Below, one piece after another: positions 36,657 through 44,561 of a stretch of 64,000 nucleotides of DNA. The position numbers were made by a program, and so were the translations under genes. The notes under the pieces were generated by a model. That model made no database searches and had not been told where the DNA came from. It worked only from the letters and a program-made list of their open reading frames with translations. Numbering within the stretch: the stretch's first letter is position 1; each line of letters begins with the position of its first letter. The stretch comes from Candidatus Uhrbacteria bacterium (lineage in GTDB: Bacteria > Patescibacteriota > Patescibacteriia > UBA9934 > GWF2-40-263): NCBI GenBank assembly GCA_026395055.1, contig JAPLZK010000002.1, forward strand, positions 128,154 to 192,153. The letters run 5' to 3'.

Positions 36657-38045
36657 TTACAGTTCGCTGATGCGACGCTGCAAATCTGTTTCTGGAAAGA
36701 ACGCGAGTTCTGCGGTTGCGGTTGTGCTTCTGCGAATGGACATGGAGTTCAGTTCGCCGAGTGGAACGCCGTCGCAGAAACCACGCATCGGTCGCTTGTC
36801 TTTGCTCATCGCTTCGAATCGAATGTGTGTATCGATCGGAAGCGGTTCGTTTTTCCAGTGGTGGGAACATACGCAGCTTCCAACGAGTTGGAGCATCTGC
36901 GTGCCAGGAATGAGACGCGAGCCACCCATGCGGTATGCGTATCCTGTTGATCCAGCCGCAGTTGAAACGAGCATGACGTCTGACATGATGGGATCGAATT
37001 TCACTTCGCCATTCATGAGGACACGTGTCCAAATGGTTTGTCCGCTCAGGCGATCAACCCATGCGTCGTTGAACGCGAGCATGGATGCGTGTTCGCCTGT
37101 GACGGATTCTGCTTCCACGTAGAGCAGGGACTCTGTGTACGTTTTGAGTTCACGACACGCGCGGAGTTTTTCCACGATCGTCGCTTCGTCAAAGTCGTTG
37201 AGCAGAAATCCTTTTGTTCCTCGGTTGAGGCCGAAGAACGGAACGTGATCGCGCCAGAGGCGACGAATGGTGTGAAGCATGAAGCCGTCGCCGCCGATGA
37301 CGACAACGCAGTTGTGTTGTCCTGGATCTGTTTGAAACGCGGATGCGAGTTTTGCCGCAATGCTCACCGCGTTTGCGTTTTGATCATTCGCCACAATGAG
37401 TGGCTGCATGGGTTCCGCAAATTTTGCTGGTCCACGCAGAACGCGTCCTGTGAACAACTGGTGTCGTTCCATGAACGCCGCAACAGCTGGCGACACAAGA
37501 GTTTCGATTGATTGGTGCTTGAAGATCCGTTCGCGAATTTCCGAACTGGATCCACGAAGGGTTGGTTCGATGATCGTGTGGTGCGGCGGAAGATCTTCCG
37601 GCACACACTTCACTCCATAGCGCATGTGCACCATGAAATGCAACTCGTTCCAAACTTCCTGTCCACGAAACCACGTTCGATGAATTTCCGATTGACCACG
37701 CGCGCCGCCGGCAATGATGTCGGCGCCGATGACGTGGCAAATTTCGTGATTCGGATAGAGGGCACGATAACGCTGATCGATATCGTACGAACGGGTGAAC
37801 ACCGAATGCTCAAGATCCGTAAGATCAATTTCGACACGCGGAATGCGGCCGAACGCGAGATCACACAGGGCTGCGCGAAACGCGAGCGAAAGATCATTGG
37901 TCGTTTCTTTGTCCGGTCGTGGTCCACACGGAATGACGATGAGACGATCATCAGGACCGAGCCTGTTCGCAAGTTTGCGAATGATCGCTTCGTGATGTAA
38001 TCCCGGAGGGCAGAAACTTCCACCGTACAGAAAAATCGTTGGCAT
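36657..38045 (-). CDS. Nicotinate-nucleotide adenylyltransferase (NadD) - NAD kinase (NadK) fusion
   Basis: N-terminal YGGSFCPPGLHH, IGAD and SSSEIRERI; C-terminal GGDGFML, GTKGFL, AFND and VSTAAGSTGY..MGG. Confidence 0.88.
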   Translation of the reverse strand: MPTIFLYGGSFCPPGLHHEAIIRKLANRLGPDDRLIVIPCGPRPDKETTNDLSLAFRAALCDLAFGRIPRVEIDLTDLEHSVFTRSYDIDQRYRALYPNHEICHVIGADIIAGGARGQSEIHRTWFRGQEVWNELHFMVHMRYGVKCVPEDLPPHHTIIEPTLRGSSSEIRERIFKHQSIETLVSPAVAAFMERHQLFTGRVLRGPAKFAEPMQPLIVANDQNANAVSIAAKLASAFQTDPGQHNCVVVIGGDGFMLHTIRRLWRDHVPFFGLNRGTKGFLLNDFDEATIVEKLRACRELKTYTESLLYVEAESVTGEHASMLAFNDAWVDRLSGQTIWTRVLMNGEVKFDPIMSDVMLVSTAAGSTGYAYRMGGSRLIPGTQMLQLVGSCVCSHHWKNEPLPIDTHIRFEAMSKDKRPMRGFCDGVPLGELNSMSIRRSTTATAELAFFPETDLQRRISEL

Positions 38046-38060
38046 GGTGTACTCCTTCAG

Positions 38061-38116
38061 CTTCAGCGTCCCAGGAGTGGGGCGCTTAAGAAAAGGGCAG
38101 AGTTCGAGAACTCCGC
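38061..38116 (-). repeat. Double-hairpin intergenic element, degenerate copy 4
   Basis: Plus strand: cttcagcgtccc..ggggcgcttaag-aaaagg-gcagagttcgagaactccgc. Confidence 0.65.
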
Positions 38117-38133
38117 GAGAGAATGAACGAATC

Positions 38134-38907
38134 CTAGTTGCGTGCGATGAAGCCGAACGATTGCAGGGCTTGTCGCAGTTCAATCGGATCATCTTTGTTG
38201 ATGACGAACAGGTTGCCGGCGCTTGGCGTGAGCGTTCCTGCTTCGAGCTCGGCGGCAATCTCGTCCGCGGCACGACCGGATCCCTTGATCACGTACGTGG
38301 GCCAGCCGTTCTTGACCGAGCGCATGACTTCGTCGCGCGTGATTGGTCCGCCGTTCCATGCGATTACGCCGACCTGGTTGAATCCAGCATGTGCTTTCAG
38401 GTTGGACATGAGTTCGAAGGCAGCATTCAGATCGCCGTCCCAGTCGAGCTTGCCTTCTGCACCATCTTGCACAAGCAGAATGGCGTTCATGGCCGGATTC
38501 GGCGCAGTGCCGTAATCGTCGAGCGTCAGATGTGATTCGCCCGTGAGACGCAAGACGTCTGTACGCGGGGCGGAGCCGAGTGCAATGCATTCGGGATTTG
38601 ATGCCGCGATGAAACCGGGAATGTCTGTGACCATGGGGTCAAGAACAATGTCTTTGTCGAACTGACGCGTGCCACCCGACCAGATCATTCCCTTGAAGCC
38701 TTCGAGGGCCATCAGGAAAAAGCCGATCATGGCACGCTTGTCATCACTATTCATTCCTTTGCATCCGCCGCTGATGCGCAGACACACTTTCTCTCCCGCA
38801 CGCGTTGCCATGAGGGCGAACGTTGCGGGGATTTGATTGCGCTTGTCTTGCACGAGCAGGTAGGTCTTGCCGCCAGGCGCGGTCACGGTTCTTGCTGTTG
38901 TCATCAC
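38134..38907 (-). CDS. SLOG-superfamily protein, TRPM-SLOG/LSDAT-like (paralog 2)
   Basis: ISGGC, WSGGT, LGSAP, PN...ILLV, WDG and NGGPITRDEV....NGWP.YVIKGSGRAAD. Start may be GTG 38907 or ATG 38904. Confidence 0.7.
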   Translation of the reverse strand: MMTTARTVTAPGGKTYLLVQDKRNQIPATFALMATRAGEKVCLRISGGCKGMNSDDKRAMIGFFLMALEGFKGMIWSGGTRQFDKDIVLDPMVTDIPGFIAASNPECIALGSAPRTDVLRLTGESHLTLDDYGTAPNPAMNAILLVQDGAEGKLDWDGDLNAAFELMSNLKAHAGFNQVGVIAWNGGPITRDEVMRSVKNGWPTYVIKGSGRAADEIAAELEAGTLTPSAGNLFVINKDDPIELRQALQSFGFIARN

Positions 38908-38931
38908 TGCCTTTACGAACTTCCTAATTTT

Positions 38932-39705
38932 CTACGCCTGTGATTTCACGAGACGCAGTTTCTCCGGGGGAAGGATCCCGAAAGAAATGAGATGTTGCCT
39001 GATGTCGTCAGAATCTTTTTCTGCGACACGGACGTTTGGGTGTGACTCGAGAAACGCCTTGTTGCTCGCATACACATCCGCGTTGCGACCGCTGCCCCTG
39101 ATGAGCAGAACTGGCCAACCGCGTTTTGCGGTTGCGAGGATCTCGCGTTCCGTCACACCACCGCCGTTGTAGACGATGAGCAGTGATTTGAAATCGGCGA
39201 ACTCACGCAGGTCTTTTATGATCTGCAGACATTCTTCGAACTCCGCGTCCCAAATGGCCGGCTGATCCGGCGACACTTGAACCAGCAGACACATATCTTG
39301 GTTTGGATGAATGATCGTACGGTAGGTATCGACGTCACTCTCCGAAACCACGAGTCCGTGTTCCGTGATCTTGATGTCAGAAGTTCTTGGAACGACTCCA
39401 AGGGAAACCATGTTCGGACAGACCTCGCGTATGTGCGACGGAATCTCAGTGATCCCGGGCACAATGTTCGACGCATCTTGTTTCTCGATCATGCGCGTGC
39501 CACCAAAGAGCATGGCGCCCGCAAATCCAGAGAACGCTTCTGCGAAGAGTGAAAGAAAATCTCGCGCATCTTCCGCAGACATGTATCCGCACCCGCCCGT
39601 GAGCCGTACAACAACTCGATTGCGAGCAGTCGTGAGTTTGAGGGCGATCTTTACCGACTGGTCTCCTTCGTTCTTCACGAATAAGGAGGGAATGATGGTA
39701 GACAT
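38932..39705 (-). CDS. SLOG-superfamily protein, TRPM-SLOG/LSDAT-like (paralog 1)
   Basis: LTGGC, LFGGT, LGVVP, HPN...LLV, WDAE and NGGGVTEREI....RGWPVLLIRGSGRNAD. Confidence 0.7.
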   Translation of the reverse strand: MSTIIPSLFVKNEGDQSVKIALKLTTARNRVVVRLTGGCGYMSAEDARDFLSLFAEAFSGFAGAMLFGGTRMIEKQDASNIVPGITEIPSHIREVCPNMVSLGVVPRTSDIKITEHGLVVSESDVDTYRTIIHPNQDMCLLVQVSPDQPAIWDAEFEECLQIIKDLREFADFKSLLIVYNGGGVTEREILATAKRGWPVLLIRGSGRNADVYASNKAFLESHPNVRVAEKDSDDIRQHLISFGILPPEKLRLVKSQA

Positions 39706-39733
39706 CGTGTCTCCTTGTGGTGTGAGCCTTCGA

Positions 39734-39819
39734 TTTCAGAACCTCATTGTTGGGGTGCTGAAGAAAAGGGCTCTACATTTCGTTTTGCTGATTTGTATGT
39801 GCAAGGTGAAATGGAGAGC
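39734..39819 (-). repeat. Double-hairpin intergenic element, degenerate copy 5
   Basis: Plus strand: ttcagaacctca..tggggtgctgaag-aaaagg-gctct...gagagc. Confidence 0.6.
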
Positions 39820-39843
39820 GGGGGAGAGAAAGAGCGAATTGCC

Positions 39844-40602
39844 TTAGGTGTGGATCTGATCCGAGTTGATGCACTTCACGCCGCGAGCGATGAGGCGCGC
39901 TTCCATGAAGGCAATCGAGCCGGGGTAGTCGCCATCCGGAGGCAAACCAACGGAGCGCGTGCAGTCGCGGACGATGTAGGACTCGAAGCCTTCGAGTGCC
40001 GCGTCTTCGGCTGTGAAGCCAACGCAGAAGTCGAACGCGAGACCGACGATGAACACGCGCTTGATGCCGCGTTCCTTCAGGATGCGACCAAGACCAGTCG
40101 GCATCCAAAGCGTGTCGCGAAACGCGCTGTAGCTGTCGACGCGCGGATCCGTTCCCTTCGGGAAGTGCAGAATGAACGCGTCGTCGAGATCGCGCAGGCC
40201 GTCGAAGAGACGAATCTCGTTTGTGGTCATATCGGCATGTTCGTCCCAGAGGAGCGTTTCATGCCGATTGAGGCGCATGAGGTAGGCGATCAAATCTTCG
40301 CGGGTGAAGAGTGCATGCTTCGCAATCTTGACCTTGTTTTGCAGAACTTCCGTGATGGTGAGCGGACCGCGGGCCCGTTTCACGTAGGAGGTTCGGTAGT
40401 TGATGTGACCCCTCGGGTGCGCATCGAAGACGTTGAAACGTTGGCGGCGCTTGAACTTCAGAACGAGTTCCCGGAGGACCCCGATGATATCAAGCGCGCC
40501 AGGCACCGGCAGTCCACCATCTGGACCAAATGCATTTGTCGCATCAACGACGATGACCGCATCGCCTTTGCCGATCTTGATCAAACCTTCGAAATTCAGC
40601 AT
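39844..40602 (-). CDS. pncA: Nicotinamidase / pyrazinamidase (isochorismatase family)
   Basis: IVVDATNAF.P.GGLPVPG, DAHP..H, LW..H, KG....DSYSAF and GLAFDFCVGFTA.DA. Confidence 0.9.
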   Translation of the reverse strand: MLNFEGLIKIGKGDAVIVVDATNAFGPDGGLPVPGALDIIGVLRELVLKFKRRQRFNVFDAHPRGHINYRTSYVKRARGPLTITEVLQNKVKIAKHALFTREDLIAYLMRLNRHETLLWDEHADMTTNEIRLFDGLRDLDDAFILHFPKGTDPRVDSYSAFRDTLWMPTGLGRILKERGIKRVFIVGLAFDFCVGFTAEDAALEGFESYIVRDCTRSVGLPPDGDYPGSIAFMEARLIARGVKCINSDQIHT

Positions 40603-40710
40603 GACTCACCTCAATCCCCACGGTGGGGAGGTTCAACGAACAGAATCTGCGGAAAACACTGTGTCATCTGCAGATGAATTCATTGAAAAAACGCTTTTTG
40701 AGAACCGGGG

Positions 40711-40739
40711 AGAATACCTGATTTTGGCCATTTTGTCAA
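40711..40739 (-). promoter_or_regulatory. Proximal sigma70 promoter of the NAD operon
   Basis: TTGACA (40739-40734) - 17 nt - TATTCT (40716-40711). Confidence 0.65.
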
Positions 40740-40817
40740 TGGTTTTCGGTTGGTTTACACGAACGAACCCTGAGCGGCCCTTTTCGAGGCTTTTTCGTTG
40801 GAAGGTGCTGTAAATTA

Positions 40818-40851
40818 AAGTAAGTGTAGACTATACACTTACTTATGTCAA
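40818..40851 (-). promoter_or_regulatory. NrtR operator overlapping the distal promoter
   Basis: Perfect 11-bp inverted repeat AAGTAAGTGTA-gacta-TACACTTACTT (GT-N7-AC core) covering TTGACA(40851)-17-TACACT. Confidence 0.8.
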
Positions 40852-40908
40852 GACCCAATAAAAACGCACCAATCTTTCGATTTGGTGCGTTTGGTTTTGT
40901 CTCATTTG

Positions 40909-41574
40909 TTACATAATTTCCACGTATTCCAGCTTTCGGTGCTTGAACTTATAGAGCTCAGCGGGGCGGTTGGCTTCGCCGCCACGTTTCTTTCCAACAG
41001 GAACGATGAGATCCAGAGCCAAAATGCGCTTGCGGAAGTTGCGTTTATCTACGGTTGTATCAAGAATAATCTCGTAAACACGCTGTAAATCTGTGAGAGT
41101 GAATTCGTCAGGGAGCAAGCTCCAGGCGATGTTTGTGTATTGTAATCGGCTTTTGAGGCGCGTAATGGCTTCCTTGGCAATGATTTTGTGATCATAAGCC
41201 AATTCGGGAAGTTTTTTTACGGGCCACCATTTCACGTCCGCATACTTGTCTGACGTTTTGAGCTGAACGGTGTCAGAGATGAGGGCGAATGACGCAACGG
41301 AAATGACACGTTCTAATTGATCGCGATCAATTGCATCAAATGTTTTCAGTTGTTCAAGGTAGATATTTGAAACTCCTGTCTGTTCTTTTAAAATGCGAAT
41401 GGCGGTCTGTTCTGTGGTTTCTGCGTCCTCAACACGTCCGCCAGGGAAGGCCCAAAGTCCTGTGTAAGGTTTCTTTTTCATTTGGATGAGAAGTGCACAA
41501 AGTTGGTCATCTTTTACGGTAAAGATGACGGTATCAACCGCAACGACGATAGATTGTTTTGTGGATGGGGACAT
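40909..41574 (-). CDS. nrtR: NrtR family Nudix-related transcriptional regulator
   Basis: VAVDTVIF, WAFPGG.V...ET, YLEQL.TF...DRD...RVIS, LAYDH and C-terminal wHTH FTL.DLQ.VYE.IL...DKRNFRK...RPA.LY. Confidence 0.92.
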   Translation of the reverse strand: MSPSTKQSIVVAVDTVIFTVKDDQLCALLIQMKKKPYTGLWAFPGGRVEDAETTEQTAIRILKEQTGVSNIYLEQLKTFDAIDRDQLERVISVASFALISDTVQLKTSDKYADVKWWPVKKLPELAYDHKIIAKEAITRLKSRLQYTNIAWSLLPDEFTLTDLQRVYEIILDTTVDKRNFRKRILALDLIVPVGKKRGGEANRPAELYKFKHRKLEYVEIM

Positions 41575-41579
41575 AAGTG

Positions 41580-41600
41580 TTTGTGTAAATTACACACAAA
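41580..41600. promoter_or_regulatory. Second NrtR operator (autoregulation of nrtR)
   Basis: TTTGTGT-aaattac-ACACAAA, same GT-N7-AC core, 6 nt upstream of the nrtR ATG. Confidence 0.7.
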
Positions 41601-41629
41601 GTATCAGAGAATGAACGCTTCGTCAAGTT

Positions 41630-41645
41630 TACCTGCCGGCAGGTA
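41630..41645. repeat. 16-bp perfect palindrome (CCTGCCGGCAGG-type short repeat)
   Basis: tacctgccggcaggta. Confidence 0.5.
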
Positions 41646-41697
41646 GGTGGAAAAAAGCGCGCCTGAGACGTATACTGTGCGCACTAACTGAAATTGT

Positions 41698-42111
41698 ATG
41701 AAATACCGTCAGATTCTGAATCATCGTCCCGCAATGAAGTTTCGTTATGTTTTTTATACGCCTCTCGTTTTTTTTCAGTTCATCCCGATCGTGATTCTTG
41801 ACCTCTCTTTGGAGATTTACCATCAGATCGGATTTCGCCTCATGGGAATTCCTTGTCTAGACCGAAAAAATTTCATTCGCATGGATCGTCACAAGCTTTC
41901 GTATTTAACGTGGTATGAAAAAATTGGGTGTGCCTATTGCGGGTACGTAAACGGATGGTTTCGTTATGCGAGTGCAATCGCTGGTGAGACAGAAAAATAT
42001 TGGTGCGGAATCATGCATAAAAAATATAATGGATTCAAACCGCCAGAGCATCACGCAGACTATTTACCTTTTGGCGATGAAAAGGCGTTTGATGAATTTG
42101 TGAAGAAATAA
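41698..42111 (+). CDS. Conserved hypothetical membrane protein (DRH.L.YL...EK..C.YC.Y.NG...E.YWC.I.H)
   Basis: One hydrophobic segment plus a Cys/His-rich motif. First gene of the run into murA. Confidence 0.7.
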   Translation: MKYRQILNHRPAMKFRYVFYTPLVFFQFIPIVILDLSLEIYHQIGFRLMGIPCLDRKNFIRMDRHKLSYLTWYEKIGCAYCGYVNGWFRYASAIAGETEKYWCGIMHKKYNGFKPPEHHADYLPFGDEKAFDEFVKK

Positions 42112-42112
42112 T

Positions 42113-42409
42113 ATGGAACGAGAAAAACAACCGTATGTTCCTCCGATGACAGGGGAAGAAGCGCTCGCCATGTTTGGGGATCGTCGATTGCTTGATTTGG
42201 AAGAAGCACGCAAGCATCTTGGAACACGGGTTGATGAAACGGCAAAAGAAATTGCGAACATGCAAATGGATCCAGAACCAGATTGGGAAGAGATTTCAAA
42301 AAAAGAATTAGAGCTCGATCAAACAAGAGAGAAGCTCAAAGAAACAAATCAACTCATTCGAAAGGCCGCACAAGATTTTGGAACAAAACGCGGGCCGCTT
42401 ACCCTGTAA
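42113..42409 (+). CDS. Hypothetical coiled-coil protein
   Basis: Tightly packed between its neighbours; charged, helical sequence. Confidence 0.6.
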   Translation: MEREKQPYVPPMTGEEALAMFGDRRLLDLEEARKHLGTRVDETAKEIANMQMDPEPDWEEISKKELELDQTREKLKETNQLIRKAAQDFGTKRGPLTL

Positions 42410-42415
42410 GAACTT

Positions 42416-43714
42416 ATGTCTGTATTTCATATTACTGGCGGAAAGCCACTTGTTGGCGAAATTGCTGTTTCTGGCGCAAAGAATGCTGCTTCAAAAATGC
42501 TGATCGCAACACTGCTCACGTCAGAACCAGTTGTGCTCAAAAATGTTCCGCGCCAACAAGAAACACAAATCACTCAGGAAATTATTGAAGCGGTTGGAGC
42601 AAAGATTGATTGGCGATCGCAGAATGAAGTGTGTGTCACCACTTCGAGCATCCGCTCCACAAACGCAACATCCCTTTCGCGAAAAAATCGCATTAGTATT
42701 TTGGCACTCGCGCCACTTTTGCATCGTGCAGGTGAGGCTTTTGTTCCTCGAGTAGGAGGGGATGCCATCGGACCACGTCCGGTGAATTTTCATATTGATA
42801 TTTTGAAAAAAATGGGCGCAGAAATTCTCGAGACCGAGAATGGGTATCAAGCGAGTGTGAAGAAAAAATTAAAAGGAACATTGATTGAACTCGCATATCC
42901 ATCGGTTGGTGCAACAGAAACAGCCATCCTCGCCGGTGTTCTCGCAGAAGGTCGAACAACTATTCGAAACGCAGCGGGTGAACCAGAGGTCAAACAATTG
43001 ATCATGATGCTCCAAAACATGGGAGCCATTATTCAAATCAACTCCGGACGATGGATTGAAATTTTTGGAGTAGAAAAATTGCGTGGGACAGAAGTCGCCG
43101 TGATGCCGGATCGTATGGAAGCGGCGTCCTATGCATCAATGGCCATTGGAACGCGTGGAGAAATTCTCGTCCGTGGCGCAGAGCATGCGCATATGATGTC
43201 GTTCTTAAATGCGGTGCGACGCATCGGTGGGGAATATGAGGTGAAACCGAATGGAATTTTATTTCGAGGAACACGTCCACTCAAAGGAATTGAACTCGAG
43301 ACAGACACACACCCAGGGTTTATGACGGATTGGCAACAGCCATTCGTTACGGTGCTTACGCAGGCTGTGGGAACCTCGGTTGTACACGAGACGGTGTACG
43401 AGGAACGATTCGGTTACACAGATGCCCTTAAAAAAATGGGAGCAGATATCTCACTTTTCTCAAACTGTCTTGGAGAAATTGAATGTCGATTTAAAGGAAT
43501 GAATTACAAACACTCGGCGGTGATTAATGGTCCATCGAAACTTCACGCGGCAGAAGTAGAAGTTCCTGACATTCGCGCCGGACTCGCGTTCGTTGTCGCG
43601 GCACTTATTGCCGACGGCACTTCAACACTCACGGGAATTGAACATCTTGATCGTGGGTATGAAAACCTTGAAGAGAAACTTCGGGGTGTTGGTGCAGATA
43701 TTAAACGAATCTAA
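42416..43714 (+). CDS. murA: UDP-N-acetylglucosamine 1-carboxyvinyltransferase
   Basis: SGAKNAA, GGDAIGPRPVNFH (Asp at the fosfomycin-target Cys position), SVGATE, PDRMEA, HPGFMTDWQ and DIRAG. Confidence 0.96.
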   Translation: MSVFHITGGKPLVGEIAVSGAKNAASKMLIATLLTSEPVVLKNVPRQQETQITQEIIEAVGAKIDWRSQNEVCVTTSSIRSTNATSLSRKNRISILALAPLLHRAGEAFVPRVGGDAIGPRPVNFHIDILKKMGAEILETENGYQASVKKKLKGTLIELAYPSVGATETAILAGVLAEGRTTIRNAAGEPEVKQLIMMLQNMGAIIQINSGRWIEIFGVEKLRGTEVAVMPDRMEAASYASMAIGTRGEILVRGAEHAHMMSFLNAVRRIGGEYEVKPNGILFRGTRPLKGIELETDTHPGFMTDWQQPFVTVLTQAVGTSVVHETVYEERFGYTDALKKMGADISLFSNCLGEIECRFKGMNYKHSAVINGPSKLHAAEVEVPDIRAGLAFVVAALIADGTSTLTGIEHLDRGYENLEEKLRGVGADIKRI

Positions 43715-43717
43715 TTG

Positions 43718-43796
43718 TGTCATTGCGAGGAGTTCGACGACGAAGCAATCTTGCGCTTCGTGTCGAAAAGATTGCCGCGCTTCGCTCGCAATGACA
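43718..43796. repeat. Palindromic repeat element (GTCATTGCGAG...GAAGCAATC / GATTGC...CTCGCAATGAC family)
   Basis: Terminal inverted repeat tgtcattgcgag / ctcgcaatgaca with internal gcaatctt / aagattgc. Confidence 0.7.
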
Positions 43797-43808
43797 TGCA
43801 AATAAAAT

Positions 43809-44492
43809 ATGTTCCTCACCCTCCTTTTTTCCTCACCACCTCTCGCTCTCGCTTGGATCATCGCGATTTTATTTTCGCTCACGGTTCATGAATTTTCTCA
43901 TGGTCTCATGGCAAAGGTGAGAGGGGATCTGACAGCTGAACGTGAAGGACGCCTCACATTGAATCCACTCGCACACCTTGACGTGTTTGGATTTATTCCA
44001 TTGCTTCTCTTTGGATTTGGTTGGGCAAAACCCGTTCCGTTTAATCCGTACAATTTAAAAAATCCCAAATGGGATTCTGTATTAATTGCGCTTGCAGGGC
44101 CCGCATCAAACTTGATCATCGCAATAGTGTGTTCGATGGCATTTCGATATTTGGTTGTTGGAGGAATACTATCATCGTACAGTTTGCTTTCCGCATTTCT
44201 CTTTTTCTTCATCTTGCTCAATTTATTTTTGATGTTGTTCAATATCATCCCCATTGAGCCACTCGACGGTTCCAAATTATTTTTCGCGCTCTTCGATGCG
44301 CCAAAGTATGAGCAGCTTCGTCGTTTCGTGTTTGTGCGCGGTCCTCAGATGTTGATGTTTGCTGTCTTTATCTCGCTCCTCACAAACATCGACATCTTCT
44401 TTTTTATCTCGCGACCTGCATATGCCATTTGTCATTCTCTGACCGGAACAAGTTGTGAGGCGTATCAGAGCATGTTGTTTTCCTCACTTTAG
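43809..44492 (+). CDS. Site-2 protease family (M50) membrane metalloprotease
   Basis: HEFSH, GRLTLNPLAHLD, GWAKPVP, AGPASN and FNIIPIEPLDG. Confidence 0.93.
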   Translation: MFLTLLFSSPPLALAWIIAILFSLTVHEFSHGLMAKVRGDLTAEREGRLTLNPLAHLDVFGFIPLLLFGFGWAKPVPFNPYNLKNPKWDSVLIALAGPASNLIIAIVCSMAFRYLVVGGILSSYSLLSAFLFFFILLNLFLMLFNIIPIEPLDGSKLFFALFDAPKYEQLRRFVFVRGPQMLMFAVFISLLTNIDIFFFISRPAYAICHSLTGTSCEAYQSMLFSSL

Positions 44493-44561
44493 AAAAATGT
44501 ACAAAAGAATGCATTTCGATTATGCTCTAAAGAGACCAACAAAATCTCTTCAAAGAATCTT

